64,000 nt of DNA. It comes from Lama glama (taxonomy: Eukaryota). The notes beneath the pieces were generated by a model. That model had not been told where the DNA came from, made no database searches, and worked only from the letters and a program-made list of their open reading frames with translations. The stretch lies in assembly GCA_028534125.1 (NCBI GenBank), contig CM052817.1, forward strand, positions 60,762,001 to 60,826,000, read 5' to 3'. Below are positions 1 through 13,329 of this stretch, one piece after another. Position 1 is the stretch's first letter. Each line of letters begins with the position of its first letter. A program made the translations under genes and the position numbers.

Positions 1-754
1 GTGAATCTGTTTAAGAATCAAGGCTAACTTGAAAGATGAGAGGGACATCTGTGGGATTCTTTCTGCCAGATCCTGCTTGGAAAAGCACAGACTTTCCTTA
101 GTACTGCCGCTGCTTGGCTCCTTCATTCTTCAGAAGGAGATCCAGTTCCCCTTTATGTGATTTCTAAGAACAGGGGTGCTAACTTTGTAGTGTATTTGTA
201 GTATGCTAAATAAGAAATCTAGCTCTCCTTCTGAACAAAACATGTTCCCTTAAGAGCTTTGCAACATTCTTGTGGCCCTAGACCACTGCAGAAGGTTCGA
301 GTTCCATGAGGAGAGAAAGCATTGTGAAAGTAATTCAGGGTTTGGAGCCAAACACGTATTTGAACTCCAGATCTACAAGTTGCTAGCTAAACTTAGCTGG
401 GCTTTGGTTTATTTATGAAGTAAGGGAATTGTTTTCAGGACTATTGCAAGGATTAGACGAATCATGGATAGTTCCTTTGAATATAGTACATACTTAATAA
501 AGGGTACTATAATGATTGGAAGCAGATAAGGTTAGGAAATGGTAATTGTTATCTTTAGATGTATATTGCCCACTTCACCAAGCATACCAAATGAGGAGGT
601 CTGCAGAGTGGCTTCAGTTGATAGCTCCTGCTTAATGCCTACCTTTCCTTCAAGCTCCGGCTGTGCCATCCCAGACTAATCTCTTCCAACATCATTTGTC
701 CTTCCTGTAGTGTAAATTACATGCAACAACCTGTCAGAAAGTCTATGATAAATA

Positions 755-910
755 TGAATTCTGCTCTTTATTCACCTTATGACCTTGGGCAGTTCAGTTC
801 AAGTTCCTGAGTGTCAGTTCCCTTCTTATAAAAATGATTATGGGCTTGTATTGAGGATTAAATAAAATTAAAAAATGAAAGCAGTTACAAATGTTAAAAT
901 GCTTTACAAG
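755..910 (+). mobile_element. MIR SINE fragment
   Basis: tgaccttgggcagtt...tcagttcccttcttataaaaatg...gaggattaaataa, MIR core-like. Confidence 0.65.
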
Positions 911-911
911 T

Positions 912-1892
912 TGTCTCAGTTATCCATAGCTGTGTAACAAATCACCACAAAAAGTTGATGAGTTAAAACAATAATGATTTATTCTTTCTCGCAATTCTAA
1001 AGTCTGGGCTGGGATCAACTGGGAAGTTCTTCAGCTCAAAGTGGTGTCTGGGGCTGGCTCCTTCATTCACCTGTCTGGTGCCTTAGCTGATGTAGGACAG
1101 CAAAATTTGTCAATCCAAGTGTATCACTTTGACATGAGGATTAATTTAGGCTGATTATTTTTGAAAAACAGAAGACTGGGAAAGTCTTTTCTTTAAACCT
1201 GCCACTTAGCTACCTAAAGAATTTAGATAAAGGGCCTGTTCTGGAATAGATCTATCACCAAAGATATCTGCAAAGAATATGGACTAGTTGTGGTGGAGGA
1301 GAAACCAGAGTCCACTCTCCCATCATCCCTGCAGGGCCCCATAAACACTTGTTTACCAGACAGTTTGCTTTTCAGTCTCCTTAGAGATTTCCTTTCTCCC
1401 CTTTGAAGTCCCAAACCACTACCCCCAAGATCCTCTTTTGTCTTAAACTGAAGGTAGTATTTAAAGTGAGGCCATTTTTGTGAGTTACTCAGTTTTCCTG
1501 AGTCTCTCCCATTATACATACTATTAAACTTGTGTTTGATTTTCTTCTGTTAATCTGTCTCATGTCAATTTAATTCTTGGACCAGCCAGAAGAATCTAGA
1601 TGGGTAGAGGAAAATTTATTCTTCTCCGACACTGACATGGCTGGAATAGGTGGGGTCTAACTAGATACCTCTATTACCACATGTCTGCTCTGGCAGGGTA
1701 GCCAGTCCATCTCACATGGTGGCTCAGGGGTCCAAGAGAGCTTGCTCCAAGAGGACAAGCCGTAAGCCTCTGCTTGCATCATGCTTGTAGAAGTTCTGCT
1801 GGTCACAGGCTAGTCTCACAGTCCCTATGTGAGGTGACTACACAAGTGTATGAACACTGGGAAGTGTATGTCATTGAACAGTCTGCACACCA
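912..1892 (-). mobile_element. MLT1-type MaLR LTR, split by an ERV1 LTR
   Basis: tgtctcagttatccatagctgtgtaacaaatcaccacaaa is a typical antisense MLT1 end; the element resumes after 1635 with ctcacatggtggctcagggg... Confidence 0.75.
1091..1631 (+). mobile_element. ERV1 solo LTR (MER34-like family)
   Basis: TG...CA termini, 4-bp target-site duplication CTGA (1087-1090 and 1632-1635), ATTAAA near 1523; homologous to the LTRs at 7285 and 14486. Confidence 0.85.
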
Positions 1893-2089
1893 ATGTTAGC
1901 AATAATTATCATTGTCACTCCACCTCTGTTATATTTTGGCACCTGCTTTGCTTTTTTTAGAGGGGAGGAGGCAGAATATATGTTGTGTATAACTTGTCAT
2001 CTTCTCGTTCCAAGGAGATTACAGACTTTTTGGTGGCAGTGGCTGTGCTCTAGTTATTTTATGTTCTCACAAAGATACTACTGTAGGAT

Positions 2090-2310
2090 GTGGTCTTTGA
2101 AACCTTTGCAGACTAGGTCCAAATCCTTCCCAAGTCTGCCACTTACCAGCTTTATAGTCTTAGGCAGATTGCTTAACCTCTCTGAGCCTGTTACCTCATG
2201 TGCAGAATGGGGTAATAATATTTTCTTCCCTCACATGGTTGTTATGAGAATTAAATGAGTTATTAGGGGAAAAAAAAACAGCTCCTGGTCCAGAATAAGC
2301 TTTAAATGTT
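2090..2310 (+). mobile_element. MIR SINE
   Basis: ctgccacttaccagct...cttaggcagattgcttaacctctctgagcctg...gttgttatgagaattaaatgag. Confidence 0.85.
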
Positions 2311-4971
2311 GTTGTTATAATACTTTATTGATAAAGATGGCCTGGCGCACTTGTTTAATTTGTGTCTGATTCTCATCCCTGAGCCCCATTCTAACATTTC
2401 ATGAAACGATGGATTTCTTGAGTAATTTTTTTACAGCCTCAAAAATTGCAAGAAGCATTTACAGATAAAATAAAATCAACTGTATTTTAACATTACATTC
2501 TGACAATGAAGTTAAGGCCTTGTATTTTTGTACATCACTTTTCCAATTAAAAAAGGAGGAAACTATTTTGGTTACATCCTTAATCTTTTTGAATTTGGGT
2601 AGTCATATTTGATACTTTGATTTAAATATGTATTAAAATAGTTATGCAAAGATACTGTAATTAAGAAGCTAATGATAGTTATTGAAACTTCTTTGTAGAC
2701 TAATGCTCCATGATACAAAATTAACAAGGATATTTCGACTTTGTTTACATGTAAAAATTGTTGTGTGTATATTGGGACCTAAAGGCACTCTCCGAATTAT
2801 ATTCAAGTTATTCCTGCCAGTACACTACCCTCTCTAGAATTTAACAGAATTATTTCTGAGCACGAGGATGTAGCTGGCAGCATCAAACAATTGATTTTCT
2901 ACTCACGTTCACTCTTTTCCACTCAATGAATTTTACTGCCCGTGGGCAGCAACAGTTGTACCCTCTAATTCACTCCACTGTTCTCCTCCTCACATCCACA
3001 AACTGAAGTCTGCAGACAAAAAACAAAAAAAACAAAAAAAAAACTTCTTTTTGGGAAAAGCTGAGTAAGATTAGACCATGAAATGTCACTGTACTGAGGA
3101 TCAGGACAATTAAGAATGTTAAATATTAGACATTTTTATTTAGCAAATACTAGCTTGATTAACTTTTGTGTTTTTTTTTAAATAACACCATGTGTATTTG
3201 AAAACCTTTAAAGCATTAATTTGTTCTTTTGCATTAGGAGCTACTAAATTCTCTATACATTTTTCAATATAGAGAATATTGCCCATGGGAGATACAAATA
3301 GTTTGCAAACACATTTGCCCTCCTTGACTTTTCAATGGGCCTGTATTGCTAGCAGTTTCTATAAGTGCATTTCCCTTTGTTTTTTTCTCTTGATCTAAGC
3401 ATTTTCTTTAAGACATATGCTTTCTACAAGAAAAATAACATATATGTGTTTTAGTGTTCAGTGTATATTCAAGTGATTCATGTGTTGGTTGGGGGGCAAG
3501 AGACCAGATGGAAAAGTGTTAAGAAAAGAAGGATACAGTTTTTCAGGTAATGGAAGCATGAAAGAGAAGGAAAATGATGAAAGATATTATTTCTGTTTTC
3601 TTACTGACCTAGGGAACATAGTTTAGAAGTATATTTGAATTGCCTAAGCCTGTGTTTTTGACATAGCAGGAAAAATTATATAAATCAGAAAACTGCTTGT
3701 CTTTCCCCCAAAATATATTCCTTGACCATTATTTGGTTTAATATATATAATGAGCCTGTGCTACTTTTTCCTTTATCAAGCATTTACTGAGTATGTGCTG
3801 TGTGCTTGTTACATAATCCCTCAAATATCTTAACTCCTAGTGTGGCAGACAGAAATGTGGACGAATAGGTCCAAAAACAGTTACACAGATTTCTTGGTAA
3901 ATCTCTGTGCTTTGTAAAGAGGGGATGGACATCAGAGAATTGTCATAAAAACATTTAGAGAGGAGAAAGCACTTTTAAATTCAAAGGTAGACACAAAAAA
4001 CCCACAGTGATTAAGGGATCCTTTCAGTTCAAAAATATAAAAAATAGAAAAGTTTGAGTTAACCAAAGATAAAATAAATAGAGAATTTTCCCCCAAATTA
4101 AATCAAGATTTACAATAGTAAGGATGATAACTGAAAATACATTTTCATGCATTTATCAAAGCCTATTTGAAATTTTATCAGGAAATCTTTTCTAGTTTTG
4201 TGAAGAAAAAAACAATTACAGAAATTGTTTGTGCCAGCTGCCACATGAATTACTGGGAAGAAAATAGTAAGAAAGAAACCAGAGTCCCTACCCTTATGGA
4301 ACATGAGCATGAACTGAATGTTAACTTCAAGTCTTCTGTGGTCCCTTCATGAAATCAAATGATACAGGCCATGAAAGCGTCTGTGCTTTCTAAAGTGTGC
4401 GAGCAGTTTTGTCAGCTTTCTGGAGACATCCTAATATTGTTAGGGAGCAAATTTGCATTTAATATCTCCTTAACTCAGATCATATTGTTTTCTGTTTTGA
4501 TTTTAAGAAGAAAATGTGATTGGTAATAACAATAAAATGAGCACAATTATTTAGAAGGGAGTGTTTATGCCAAGAAAATTACAGAGGCAGATTAAGATTT
4601 GCAAGGAGAAGGCAGTTTTCCAGTAATTGCTCTCTTGATGTCTGTGCAGCAGGTTTGATTCAGGGCTGGCTGCTCTTTGTGAGCTTCTTTCCTTGCAAGG
4701 AGAGATCTGCTGCATCACCTAATGATGTTTATCTACTCTTCTGTGGTTTCATCCACATCAACACTAGCAGTGCTATCCAATGCCACCATCAACATTCGGA
4801 GGAAGGTTTGTCTTGCCATCACAAGACTGCTCTCACATCTGCCGTGGAGCGCTCCCAATTCATCAGATGGATATTCTTTTAAAAGGCTTTCCTGGGGAGG
4901 AGAAATAAGTATTTGAGGGACGGTTATGATCATTTGTAACCTAATGCACAAGTTTTGATTGCCTTATCATA

Positions 4972-6284
4972 GGAACGTTTCCAGGTTTTGTGCAGCCTAA
5001 AGCTTATACAATTAGAGGAGGGAATACTACTTTAAAAAAAAATACCAATTACAAATTCAGAATTAGATACAAAAATGAATATTAGAATAAAAAAGGGATC
5101 ACATTTTTTTCATGTTACAAAAGTAGGAGAGCTGATACACACCATAGGTATCACAAAATCCAGCAAAGTAACCATACATTGTTTTAATTAACTGTCAGAA
5201 ACACTTCTGTAATGCTTTTTCCCTTTAATTTCTTATGTGGGTATTGATTTCCTCTTTATGAAGGACTTTGTAAGATAATTTTCTGTAGAGAGATTAGAAA
5301 GATAATTCAGTCTTTCCACTTAGCATGGTGATCAAAGTCAATTTTTTTTATTATTGACAGTCTAAAATAGCTTCTTCCAGCTTCACAGCTCATTACTGGT
5401 TATGACATGTCAATTTTTAGAATGGTTGTAAAACTGGGGAAATCTTCAATCAAGTTTATTTCATATATGAACTGGCAGATTTGGAAGAACATTTTACAGA
5501 CTAGCTTGTGGCTCTGAATATTTCGAACTGTTTTTCTGCTTGACCACCCACGTTGTTACAGTGTCAAGCCCAGGACACCATCACATCACAATACAGCATC
5601 CAACCTGCACTTTTTGTAGTATACATATTTTATTGAAGTATAATGAGTTTACAATGTTGTGTCAGTTTCTGGTGTACAGCATGAGGCTTCAGTCATACGT
5701 GAACATACATATATTCATTTTCATATTCTTCTTCACCATAATTTACTACAAGATACTGAATATAGTTCCCTGTGCTATACAGTATGAACTTTTTGTTCAT
5801 TTTTTATATATATATTACTCACAAACATAGAAAACAAACTTATGATTACCAGGAGGGGAAGCGAGGGGAGAAGGGATAAATTGGAGTTCAAGATTTGCAA
5901 ATACTAATATATATATATATAAAATAGATAAATGATCTGCACCTTTTATCAGGAGTTCCATACATCACTCTGATAAGTGGTCAGAGGATTCCAGGCCTGA
6001 GGGCTGTAACTTAACCATCTGTGGAAATGAGTGCAAATCACCTAAATTTTTCTTTCTAAATTTCTTTAAAATATACCCAAATCAACTTTCCCTTAGCCTG
6101 ATGCAAAAAATAGCTAAAGCTGCTTTATTGTCCCTCGTCCAAGCGGAAGCGTGATAGAGGGGGAGGTCGGTATAGAAAGCAACAGGGGTCTTAACTGACT
6201 GCAATTAAAATATTTTAATTTTGCCAGACAAGTGAGGGATCCTGACGCCTGAGTTCTGTTAGCTTCCCAGTGAGTCAGCTTCTG
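4972..6284 (-). mobile_element. hAT-Tip100 DNA transposon fossil (Zaphod/MER115-like) with remnant transposase C-terminus
   Basis: Left end ccaggttttgtgcagcctaaagcttatacaatt. The minus strand of ~5280-5500 decodes FPSFTTILKIDMS*PVMSCEAGRSYFRLSIIKK...ERLNYLSNLSTEN, a hAT dimerisation domain. Interrupted by an L1 at ~5616-5933. Confidence 0.75.
5616..5933 (-). mobile_element. 5'-truncated, 5'-inverted L1 3' end (twin-priming structure)
   Basis: 5627-5815 is antisense L1 3'UTR (ttttattgaagtata...tatagttccctgtgctatacagta). 5816-5933 is the adjacent upstream L1 segment in sense orientation (actcacaaacatagaaaacaaacttatgattacc). Imperfect TSD ctgcacYtttt on both sides. Confidence 0.8.
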
Positions 6285-7284
6285 CTTTTGATGCATTTAC
6301 TCGACCTTGGCACACCAGTCTCCCCTGGACTCTGTCTGGTCCAAAAGAAAGTCAGCATCTTATAAGATTTGCTTCACATTCCTCTCAGGAATCCTAACTC
6401 CATTCTGCCTTCATTTTCTTTAGCCCTGTCACTTCTGTATCAGACCAAAGACTGATTGATCATAAGACAAATAAGACTGGGAAGCTGAAAAGGTGTGCAT
6501 GAATCATATGGATCCTCTACAACTCTCTGATCCGAGATCTTGGGTATTAAGTAAGGCTTTCCAAAACAATTTTTTTGGAGAATGGGCTGAACTTACATCT
6601 CTGAGATTTCAGCTGTATTTATTCCTGTTTATTTTGTTTTTGTAGAAGATACATAACAGAACTGAGATGCTCAGTGAATATGAAAGGAATGAGTGCCAGT
6701 GACTTCAGTAAATATTGATCAAAACATTTTTTTCTGGTGTGTGTGATGGTGAGATTTCTTAGTGAAGTGCTCCCAACATTTGTTCGACACTGTCTCTAGA
6801 ACATTTAATGAAACATAATACAGCCTTATCACCAAGGCGACTGAACACGCAGAAGGTGGTGGAAAGCTTTCGTTAAACTGTACCAATGGACTACGAGTTT
6901 ATTCTCTTCCCAAGTTTTCCACCATCAAAAGCCAAGGGAGAAAGATACTAATATGACAAAATCATAGCATCTACTGACAGCACAATAATTGTTTAGTTCT
7001 GAACTTTTTGGGAAAAAAAAAAACAAACTATTTTTTCAGGCTTGTACTTCAGCCACATATCTTTAATTGACTGAAGTGTGGAGTAAAACTTACAAGATAG
7101 ATGTGAAACAGTTTACTGTTTCATTGCACGAGGCATGAATGCTGTAGGTGGTTTTTACTTTCATGGGTAATAATGCCATTTTTCAATGAACATCACCAGT
7201 TTCCTTGGCACATTTTTAAAAATCACTTCTTGAATGGTTAATTATAAAAAAGCCAGCAAAGAGAAAAGCAGAAAGTGAATTATG

Positions 7285-7875
7285 TGAATCGGAGAAGAAG
7301 AAATTTTCCTCTACCCTTCTAGGTTCTTCTGGCTGGTCTAAAAATTGAATTGGCATGAGCCAGATTAACAGGGAAAAGAATCACACAGAAGTTTAATCAC
7401 ACATATACATGGGAGAATAACATATATACATGGGAGGGACCAAGGAAAACTGACTGGGTAACTCACCAAAAGGGCTGAAATCCTCACGTTAAATACCACC
7501 TTCGGCCAAAGACAAAAAAGGATGTTGGGGTAGTGGTTTGGGACTTCAAAGGGGAGAAAGGCAATTCACATGGAGCTGGAAAAGCAAATGTTTGGTAAGC
7601 AAATGTTTGCTGGACCATGTAGAGACATAGGATACAGAGAAATTTTAACAAACAGACTTTCCTGGGTCCCTCCCTGTCTACACACCTAGTTCACACTGTA
7701 GTTATCTGTGATATCCTCCTTCCTGGGCCAGATCCTCTATCTTCTTCGTTCTTTTAGGCAGTTAGGGGAAAAGTCAAAGATTATTCCCAAATCTTTTGGG
7801 CCTTGCTTGTTTTCAGCTCGAAATAGTCTGCATGCTAGAAAGACATTTGAGGGTAGCAAATTATGTTTCCCTATA
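7285..7875 (-). mobile_element. ERV1 solo LTR (MER34-like, same family as 1091-1631)
   Basis: tcggagaagaagaaattttcctctacccttctaggttcttctggctggtc is the reverse complement of the end of the 1091-1631 LTR. Confidence 0.85.
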
Positions 7876-8471
7876 GAGATATAATAAACCAGAACTCAAA
7901 GTATATGCAGGGCCTCTGTGTTCCAGCTGACCAGTTAATCCCTAAACTATACAGCTTTTATATCCATAGATATGTCTTAGTAAATCTGGAAATAGAAAAT
8001 ATTCTAAATTGGTAATATTAGGAAAGGCAAGTGTTACAGGATAAGAGAACCAACCCACAACGCTATTTTTATTTGTCAGACAATTTGTTGAAATTGGAAA
8101 GGACCAAATGTCCAGCCTACTCATATGTAGGTGAGAAAACTGAAATCTAAGGAACTTAAGTGACTTGTCCTAAGCCTGGGACCTGCTCATGATAGTCAGG
8201 TCTGCTGATTAATCCAGGGCTCTTTTCCCTGAACTAATTTTTTTTTCTATCCATCCTGCAGGGGTGACTAATTTTCTGTGACGTGACACTCAGTTTTTAG
8301 ACTAAGCAGTGTTTACGATTTTCTCAGAAATTACTGCTTTCGGGTGGTACCTTATTCTCTTGCTCATAATTGATGAATATAGAAATGTCAACTCTCAAAA
8401 AAATAAGATTTTGTGGTTGAAAATTTTTCATAAAGTCTTATATAAATTCTCTGCATATTTTTTTGCTGCAC

Positions 8472-9071
8472 GTGTTGATTTCCTATTGCTGCTGTAACAA
8501 ATCATCACCTACAGTGGCTTAAAATAAGACAGATTTATTATCTTACAGTTCTGCAGAGCAAAAGCTCGAAATGGGTCTTACAAGTTAACATTAAGATGGC
8601 ACCAGGGCTGTGTTCTTTCTGGAAGTTCCAGTGTACAGTCCATTCCCTCATCTTTCCCAGCTTTTTGAAGTCACTCACGTTCTTTGGTTCGTGGCCTGTT
8701 CCTCTATCAGCATAACATCTCCAGTCTCTCTTTGTCGCTAATCCTCCTAACATCCTCTTTATAAAGACCTTTGTCTTTTTTGGGGGAGAGAGGTAATTAG
8801 GTTTATTTTTCTTTTATTTTTTTTTAATGGAGATACTACAGATTGAACCCAGGACCGCATGTATGCTAAGCACATGCTCTACCACTGAGCTACACCCTCC
8901 CCCTGTAAGACCTTTGTCTTTTTAAAGACATTAGACCCAACTGTTTTAATTTTTATTTTAATTTTAAATTAACTTTAATTTTAATGTTTAATTTAAAAAA
9001 CATTAGATTAGACCTAACTGGATAATCTCAGATAATCACCCCATCTCAAAATCCACAATTTAATCACATCT
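8472..9071 (-). mobile_element. MLT1-type MaLR LTR interrupted by a SINE
   Basis: tttcctattgctgctgtaacaaatcatcac...ggataatctcagataatcaccccatctcaaaatcc. Confidence 0.8.
8781..8903 (-). mobile_element. tRNA-derived SINE (Vic-1-like, camelid)
   Basis: Antisense of ggggagggtgtagctcagtggtagagcatgtgcttagcat...ggttcaatc; 17-bp TSD aagacctttgtcttttt (8764-8780 and 8907-8923). Confidence 0.88.
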
Positions 9072-9497
9072 ATCTGTTTTCTCGAACTGCCGTAACAAAC
9101 TACCACCAACTTGCTCACTTAAAACAGTAAGAATTTATTCACTTATAGTTCTGGAGGGCGGAAGTTTGAAATTACTGTGTTGTGAGGGATACACTCTCTG
9201 GAGTCTCTAGGAAAGAAACCTTCCTAGCTCTTCCAGCTTCTGGGGGCTCCAGGCATTCCTTGGCTTCTGGCAATGTAGCTCCAGTCTCTGCTTGCATCTT
9301 TACATCACCTTCTTTATGTCTCTGTGTGTCCGTTTTGTCTCTTACAGGGACATTGTCATTGGGTTTAGGACCTGTCCTAATCCTCATCCTTATCCCTACT
9401 TTCATTATATCTGCAAAGACCCTGTTTCCACATAAGGTCATGTTCTGAGGTTCCACATAGACATGAATTTGGGGAAAAAACTATTCAACGTACTACA
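9072..9497 (-). mobile_element. MLT1-type MaLR LTR (MLT1B/C-like)
   Basis: ctgccgtaacaaactaccacc...ctgcaaagaccctgtttccacataaggtca...actattcaacgtactaca. Confidence 0.85.
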
Positions 9498-9689
9498 GAC
9501 ACAAAGCTGTATTAAAGAATTATTATTTATAATTAACTCGCTAGCTAATTTTTTCCTACTCGTCTTTACTTGAAAAAATAAATAAGAAATAATTAGCCCT
9601 CTTCTTCCCCAGTGCTGTGGACCTTCTTCCTGTTATTATTAACATTGCCCCTGCTCTTAGGAATTCTCTCAATGCTAAGTAATAATAAG

Positions 9690-9890
9690 AGGAAGAAAGA
9701 TAGTAATGATTCTCATTGGATTTTTTTTTACTATGTACTAAGCATAGTCCTTGATACTTTACATTCAGCCCCACAACAATCAGATGGTTTTATTGTTTGT
9801 ATCTTACACATGAAAAAAATGAGGTTCAAAAAGCCTCAGTAATTTGGCCAGCATTACATACATAGAAAGTGGCAGAGGTCAGAGTCAGAT
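9690..9890 (-). mobile_element. MIR SINE
   Basis: atcttacacatgaaaaaaatgaggttc...aaagtggcagagg. Confidence 0.65.
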
Positions 9891-10884
9891 ACAAACAACA
9901 AAATAGCCCCCCTCTTCCAATTTTCCAGAGTCTACATCACAAGGTCCATTCTGCCTCAGTCTATTTCCCAAACACATATATTCTTCAGTTCTCACTTATG
10001 AATTCACCTCCAGGTTTCTGCACTAGCAATTAACAATTAATGCATCACATTCAAGATTTCTGTATATAAACCTCACAAATAACAATACCACCAACAGCTA
10101 GAACTTCAGAAGTTTGAAAAGTAGCAATAAAAAGGGAAAACAAATCAACCAACAAACAAGGCATCTGTAAACTGTGCTGTTAGATTTGGGAACCACAAGA
10201 AGCAGATGGAAAATGCTGAAACATTTCTAGAGACACTGAAAAAAAATCTTCTATTAAATTGGAAAGGGTTTTAGGATTCTGGTCTTAGGTCACAACTGAA
10301 ACAAAAACAATCATAGAAAAACATAACTGTTTGTGAATAAAAGCATGTCTAGAGATTCCTTGACTTACTAAGTGAACTTGTCTTGGGAAACACATATTTT
10401 CCTAAAATATTGTGAATAGGAGGTCCTGGCCCTCTAAAGTCTCTTGACCTTATAACTATGCAAGTAAACAAACAAATAAGTGAAAGTAACATAATATTGT
10501 TACCATGTTTGTTGATAAACAAAACTAGGGAAAAATAAAGTGAACATTTGAATAATGGTCCTGAAATAGGAAGGTTTTGGGGTGTTGACAGAATCAGTAA
10601 ATACCTGACAGTTCTACCTTTTGGTAAGCATTTAATATAAAGAGAGCTTTTTACTCTTTTTCTTCTTTTCCTATTCTTTCATATTTTTCCCTAGTGATTT
10701 AAAATTTTGCTCTTTTATGTGTAGAATGCTTCTTTTCTTCTATTAACTGAGCTATTTTCTACTGTTGAATTTTTCCTAATTTTGTAAGAAAATACAATAA
10801 AATTATTGCAAGGGGTATGTATGGACTCTCCACCCTTAGTGAGAATCAATAAAAGGTTCTCTTCAATTGTCCAAGTATCCCAGC

Positions 10885-11175
10885 CCTCTACTCTCACTTT
10901 CACACTCTCCCTTGGTGATTTTACATCAAACCATGAGTTTATTAACATCTGTTAAAATGATGGTAGCCAAACCTACAGCTCCAGAGATTCTGCTTCTGAG
11001 CATATATCCAATCACCTATTGTACTTGTCCACTCGGACCACTTGAGTGACCCCAGTCACCTTAGTTTCCGCATATCCAAACCTAATGACATCACCCTTTG
11101 TCGCAAACCTGGCCCCCCTGTAGATGGCAGTACCAACCTCCCATTCAGCCACCCACTACTCAGGGTCCTCCCAGA
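10885..11175 (+). mobile_element. L2 LINE ORF2 fragment
   Basis: cacactctcccttggtgattttacatc...catatatccaatcacctattg...tccaaacctaatgacatc resembles the L2 reverse-transcriptase region. Confidence 0.65.
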
Positions 11176-11399
11176 TGGTTCCTTCAGACTCAGGACTTCA
11201 CTGGTTGCCAAATATGGATGACAGAAAATGTTGTCTTCCAAACATTTCTCATACTTTTCCCTTATCTCTGTGTCTTCTGTTTATTTACATTATCTCTATG
11301 CCTGGACTCTGGATCCCATTCAGATCATCATCCTTCTGTCATTAAGTAGCTTCATAAAGCTGAATCCTTCAGTGGCTTGCTCTAGCTTTCAACATAGGA

Positions 11400-11650
11400 T
11401 TAATAATGATGATGATTGTCATTTTTATGTTTATTACATGTCAGTTACTATTCTAGACGCTTGACCTGCATATCTTTGCATTAGTTCTCATCTGTCACCA
11501 CTCTTGTAAGATAGACATCACTCTAATTTTATAAATGGAGAAACTGAGGTTAAGAAGGCTTAAGTAACTTGCCCAAGACTACTGAACCTAGTTGGTGCTT
11601 AGCTGGGGCTCAATCCTAGGATGGCCTTGCAGCAAACCCTTCTATTCCAC
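11400..11650 (-). mobile_element. MIR SINE
   Basis: ttttataaatggagaaactgaggttaagaaggcttaagtaacttgcccaag. Confidence 0.85.
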
Positions 11651-11780
11651 TGGACCTGTTGCTAAATTACAATTCTTGAAATCAGCACATGAGCTCATAA
11701 TGATCTGTGACACTCCACTGCTGAGCCTCCCTAGCTTGGGCAGTTGCTTCAGCAATACCGAGGTTTTTACTACGTCTTCT

Positions 11781-11823
11781 TCTTTCTTCTCTCTCTCTTC
11801 CTCTCTCTCTCTCTCTCTGTCTC
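11781..11823. repeat. (TC)n microsatellite
   Basis: Directly visible. Confidence 0.85.
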
Positions 11824-12109
11824 ATTAAACTTAGTACATATGCATCTTTTAAAAAATTATTCAAGAATACATTCAGGTTATTTAAAAAATTTGCTTCAAA
11901 TAAAGAAGTAATTAGAGTAAATTATCCCTCCTCTACACAGTCCCAATCTCCTCCCAAGAGAGCTAATCGCTTTAGTCTTGACTGTGAATTCATTTAATCT
12001 AAAGACTTGGATCTTCTCTGCTCTGGGAAATTTCCTTCTATCATTTCTCTTTATTGACTCTGCTCTCCACCTCTGGAGCTCCTGTAGAGCAATCTTTCTG
12101 CAATCTGGT

Positions 12110-12530
12110 AAAGTTTATGGAACTACACTTCAAATTGTGGGAAATTTCATTCATAGGGTTACAAAGAAAATAAATTATATTACAATTTAGGTATCAGAAT
12201 ACTAAAAAGTATAATAGAGTAGCGTAATTCTTTATGAATGCATCAATAAAAAGATCTAGTAACACATTTAACAGGTATCTGAATTCTGCAGTAGTGATGA
12301 GCATAAATTACATTTTGAGATGCCTGCAGCCATGTGTGCTGTCATGTGAAAATATCTGGACTTCCTGTTGGTAATAAATTCACAAGTGCTACCAGTACTG
12401 CTGTGATTTTTGCCTACATTCATCATTGAAGGAATTATTCAGTTCAGTTAGAGTTTATTGAAAAAGATGTAATTTCTTCTCCTATCCAAAGGCTCCTTGA
12501 AATGTATCCATGACCTTGTGTTAGTATTAC
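12110..12530. mobile_element. hAT-Charlie-like DNA transposon fragment
   Basis: ...gcctacattcatcattgaagg...aaagatgtaatttcttctcctatccaa... resembles a Charlie4-type end (recalled). Confidence 0.5.
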
Positions 12531-13329
12531 TGGGATTTTAGAATCTTTATTATGTCTATTTTTCTTATATTTTCTCTCATAGTTTTCAACTCTTTGTCTT
12601 TTATACTGTGTTCTTAGATGAACTTTTTGTTTAGATATTTTATTACATTGGTAAAGAGAGCTTATATTACACTATAACCATTTTTTCCTACCTGCTGTGC
12701 TAAAATTTCACGTCTAAAATAATGAGGAAATTACAAATAGAAGCATTCAATTACTCAAAGTGAAGTTTCCAAAGGAAAAAGGAATTGCAGTGAGGTGAAG
12801 ATAGATTCTTTGAGAGAAATGGTATTAAGGAACCTTTTGCATACCGCTAAAAATGTTTATTAAATAATCATTCTTTGTGTGAGACTAGATAAACTCAGAG
12901 AAGATCCAAAATCTGGAGATGATAATTCCAATTTAGCCTTTGCTGTTACTTTCTGTTTAATCTGGAAAACAATTCTGTAGTCAGTCAATTTGGAGGTGAA
13001 AATATTTGGGTGAAATTACCTTCATGAAAACTCTGAACAAATAAAAAGAATGATCAAGTACCTTACAATAGAATTATACTGATATGTTACATGGTAAATG
13101 TTAAAAGCCGATTTCTCTGAATAGAAATTACTGTCTAATGAAGAGAAAAAAAGAAGACGGAGGAGAAGGAGGTTAGGAAGAGAGACACCATGAATAAACT
13201 AAGAACGCTTACGAAATAAAACAAAACCCACAGGAGCAGATTAAGAATTCTTTCGCCTCTGGAATGACAAGTTCTTTATCCGTGTTCCGTATGTTTTAAA
13301 CGTTTGCCTCTCCTTTAATTCTCATTGAG

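Noticed and set aside
2860..3043. Segment with a small hairpin (ctgccc-gt-gggcag) followed by an A-rich tract, suggesting a retroposed small RNA
   Set aside because: No TSD, no recognisable snoRNA/snRNA boxes or homology; A-tracts are common here.
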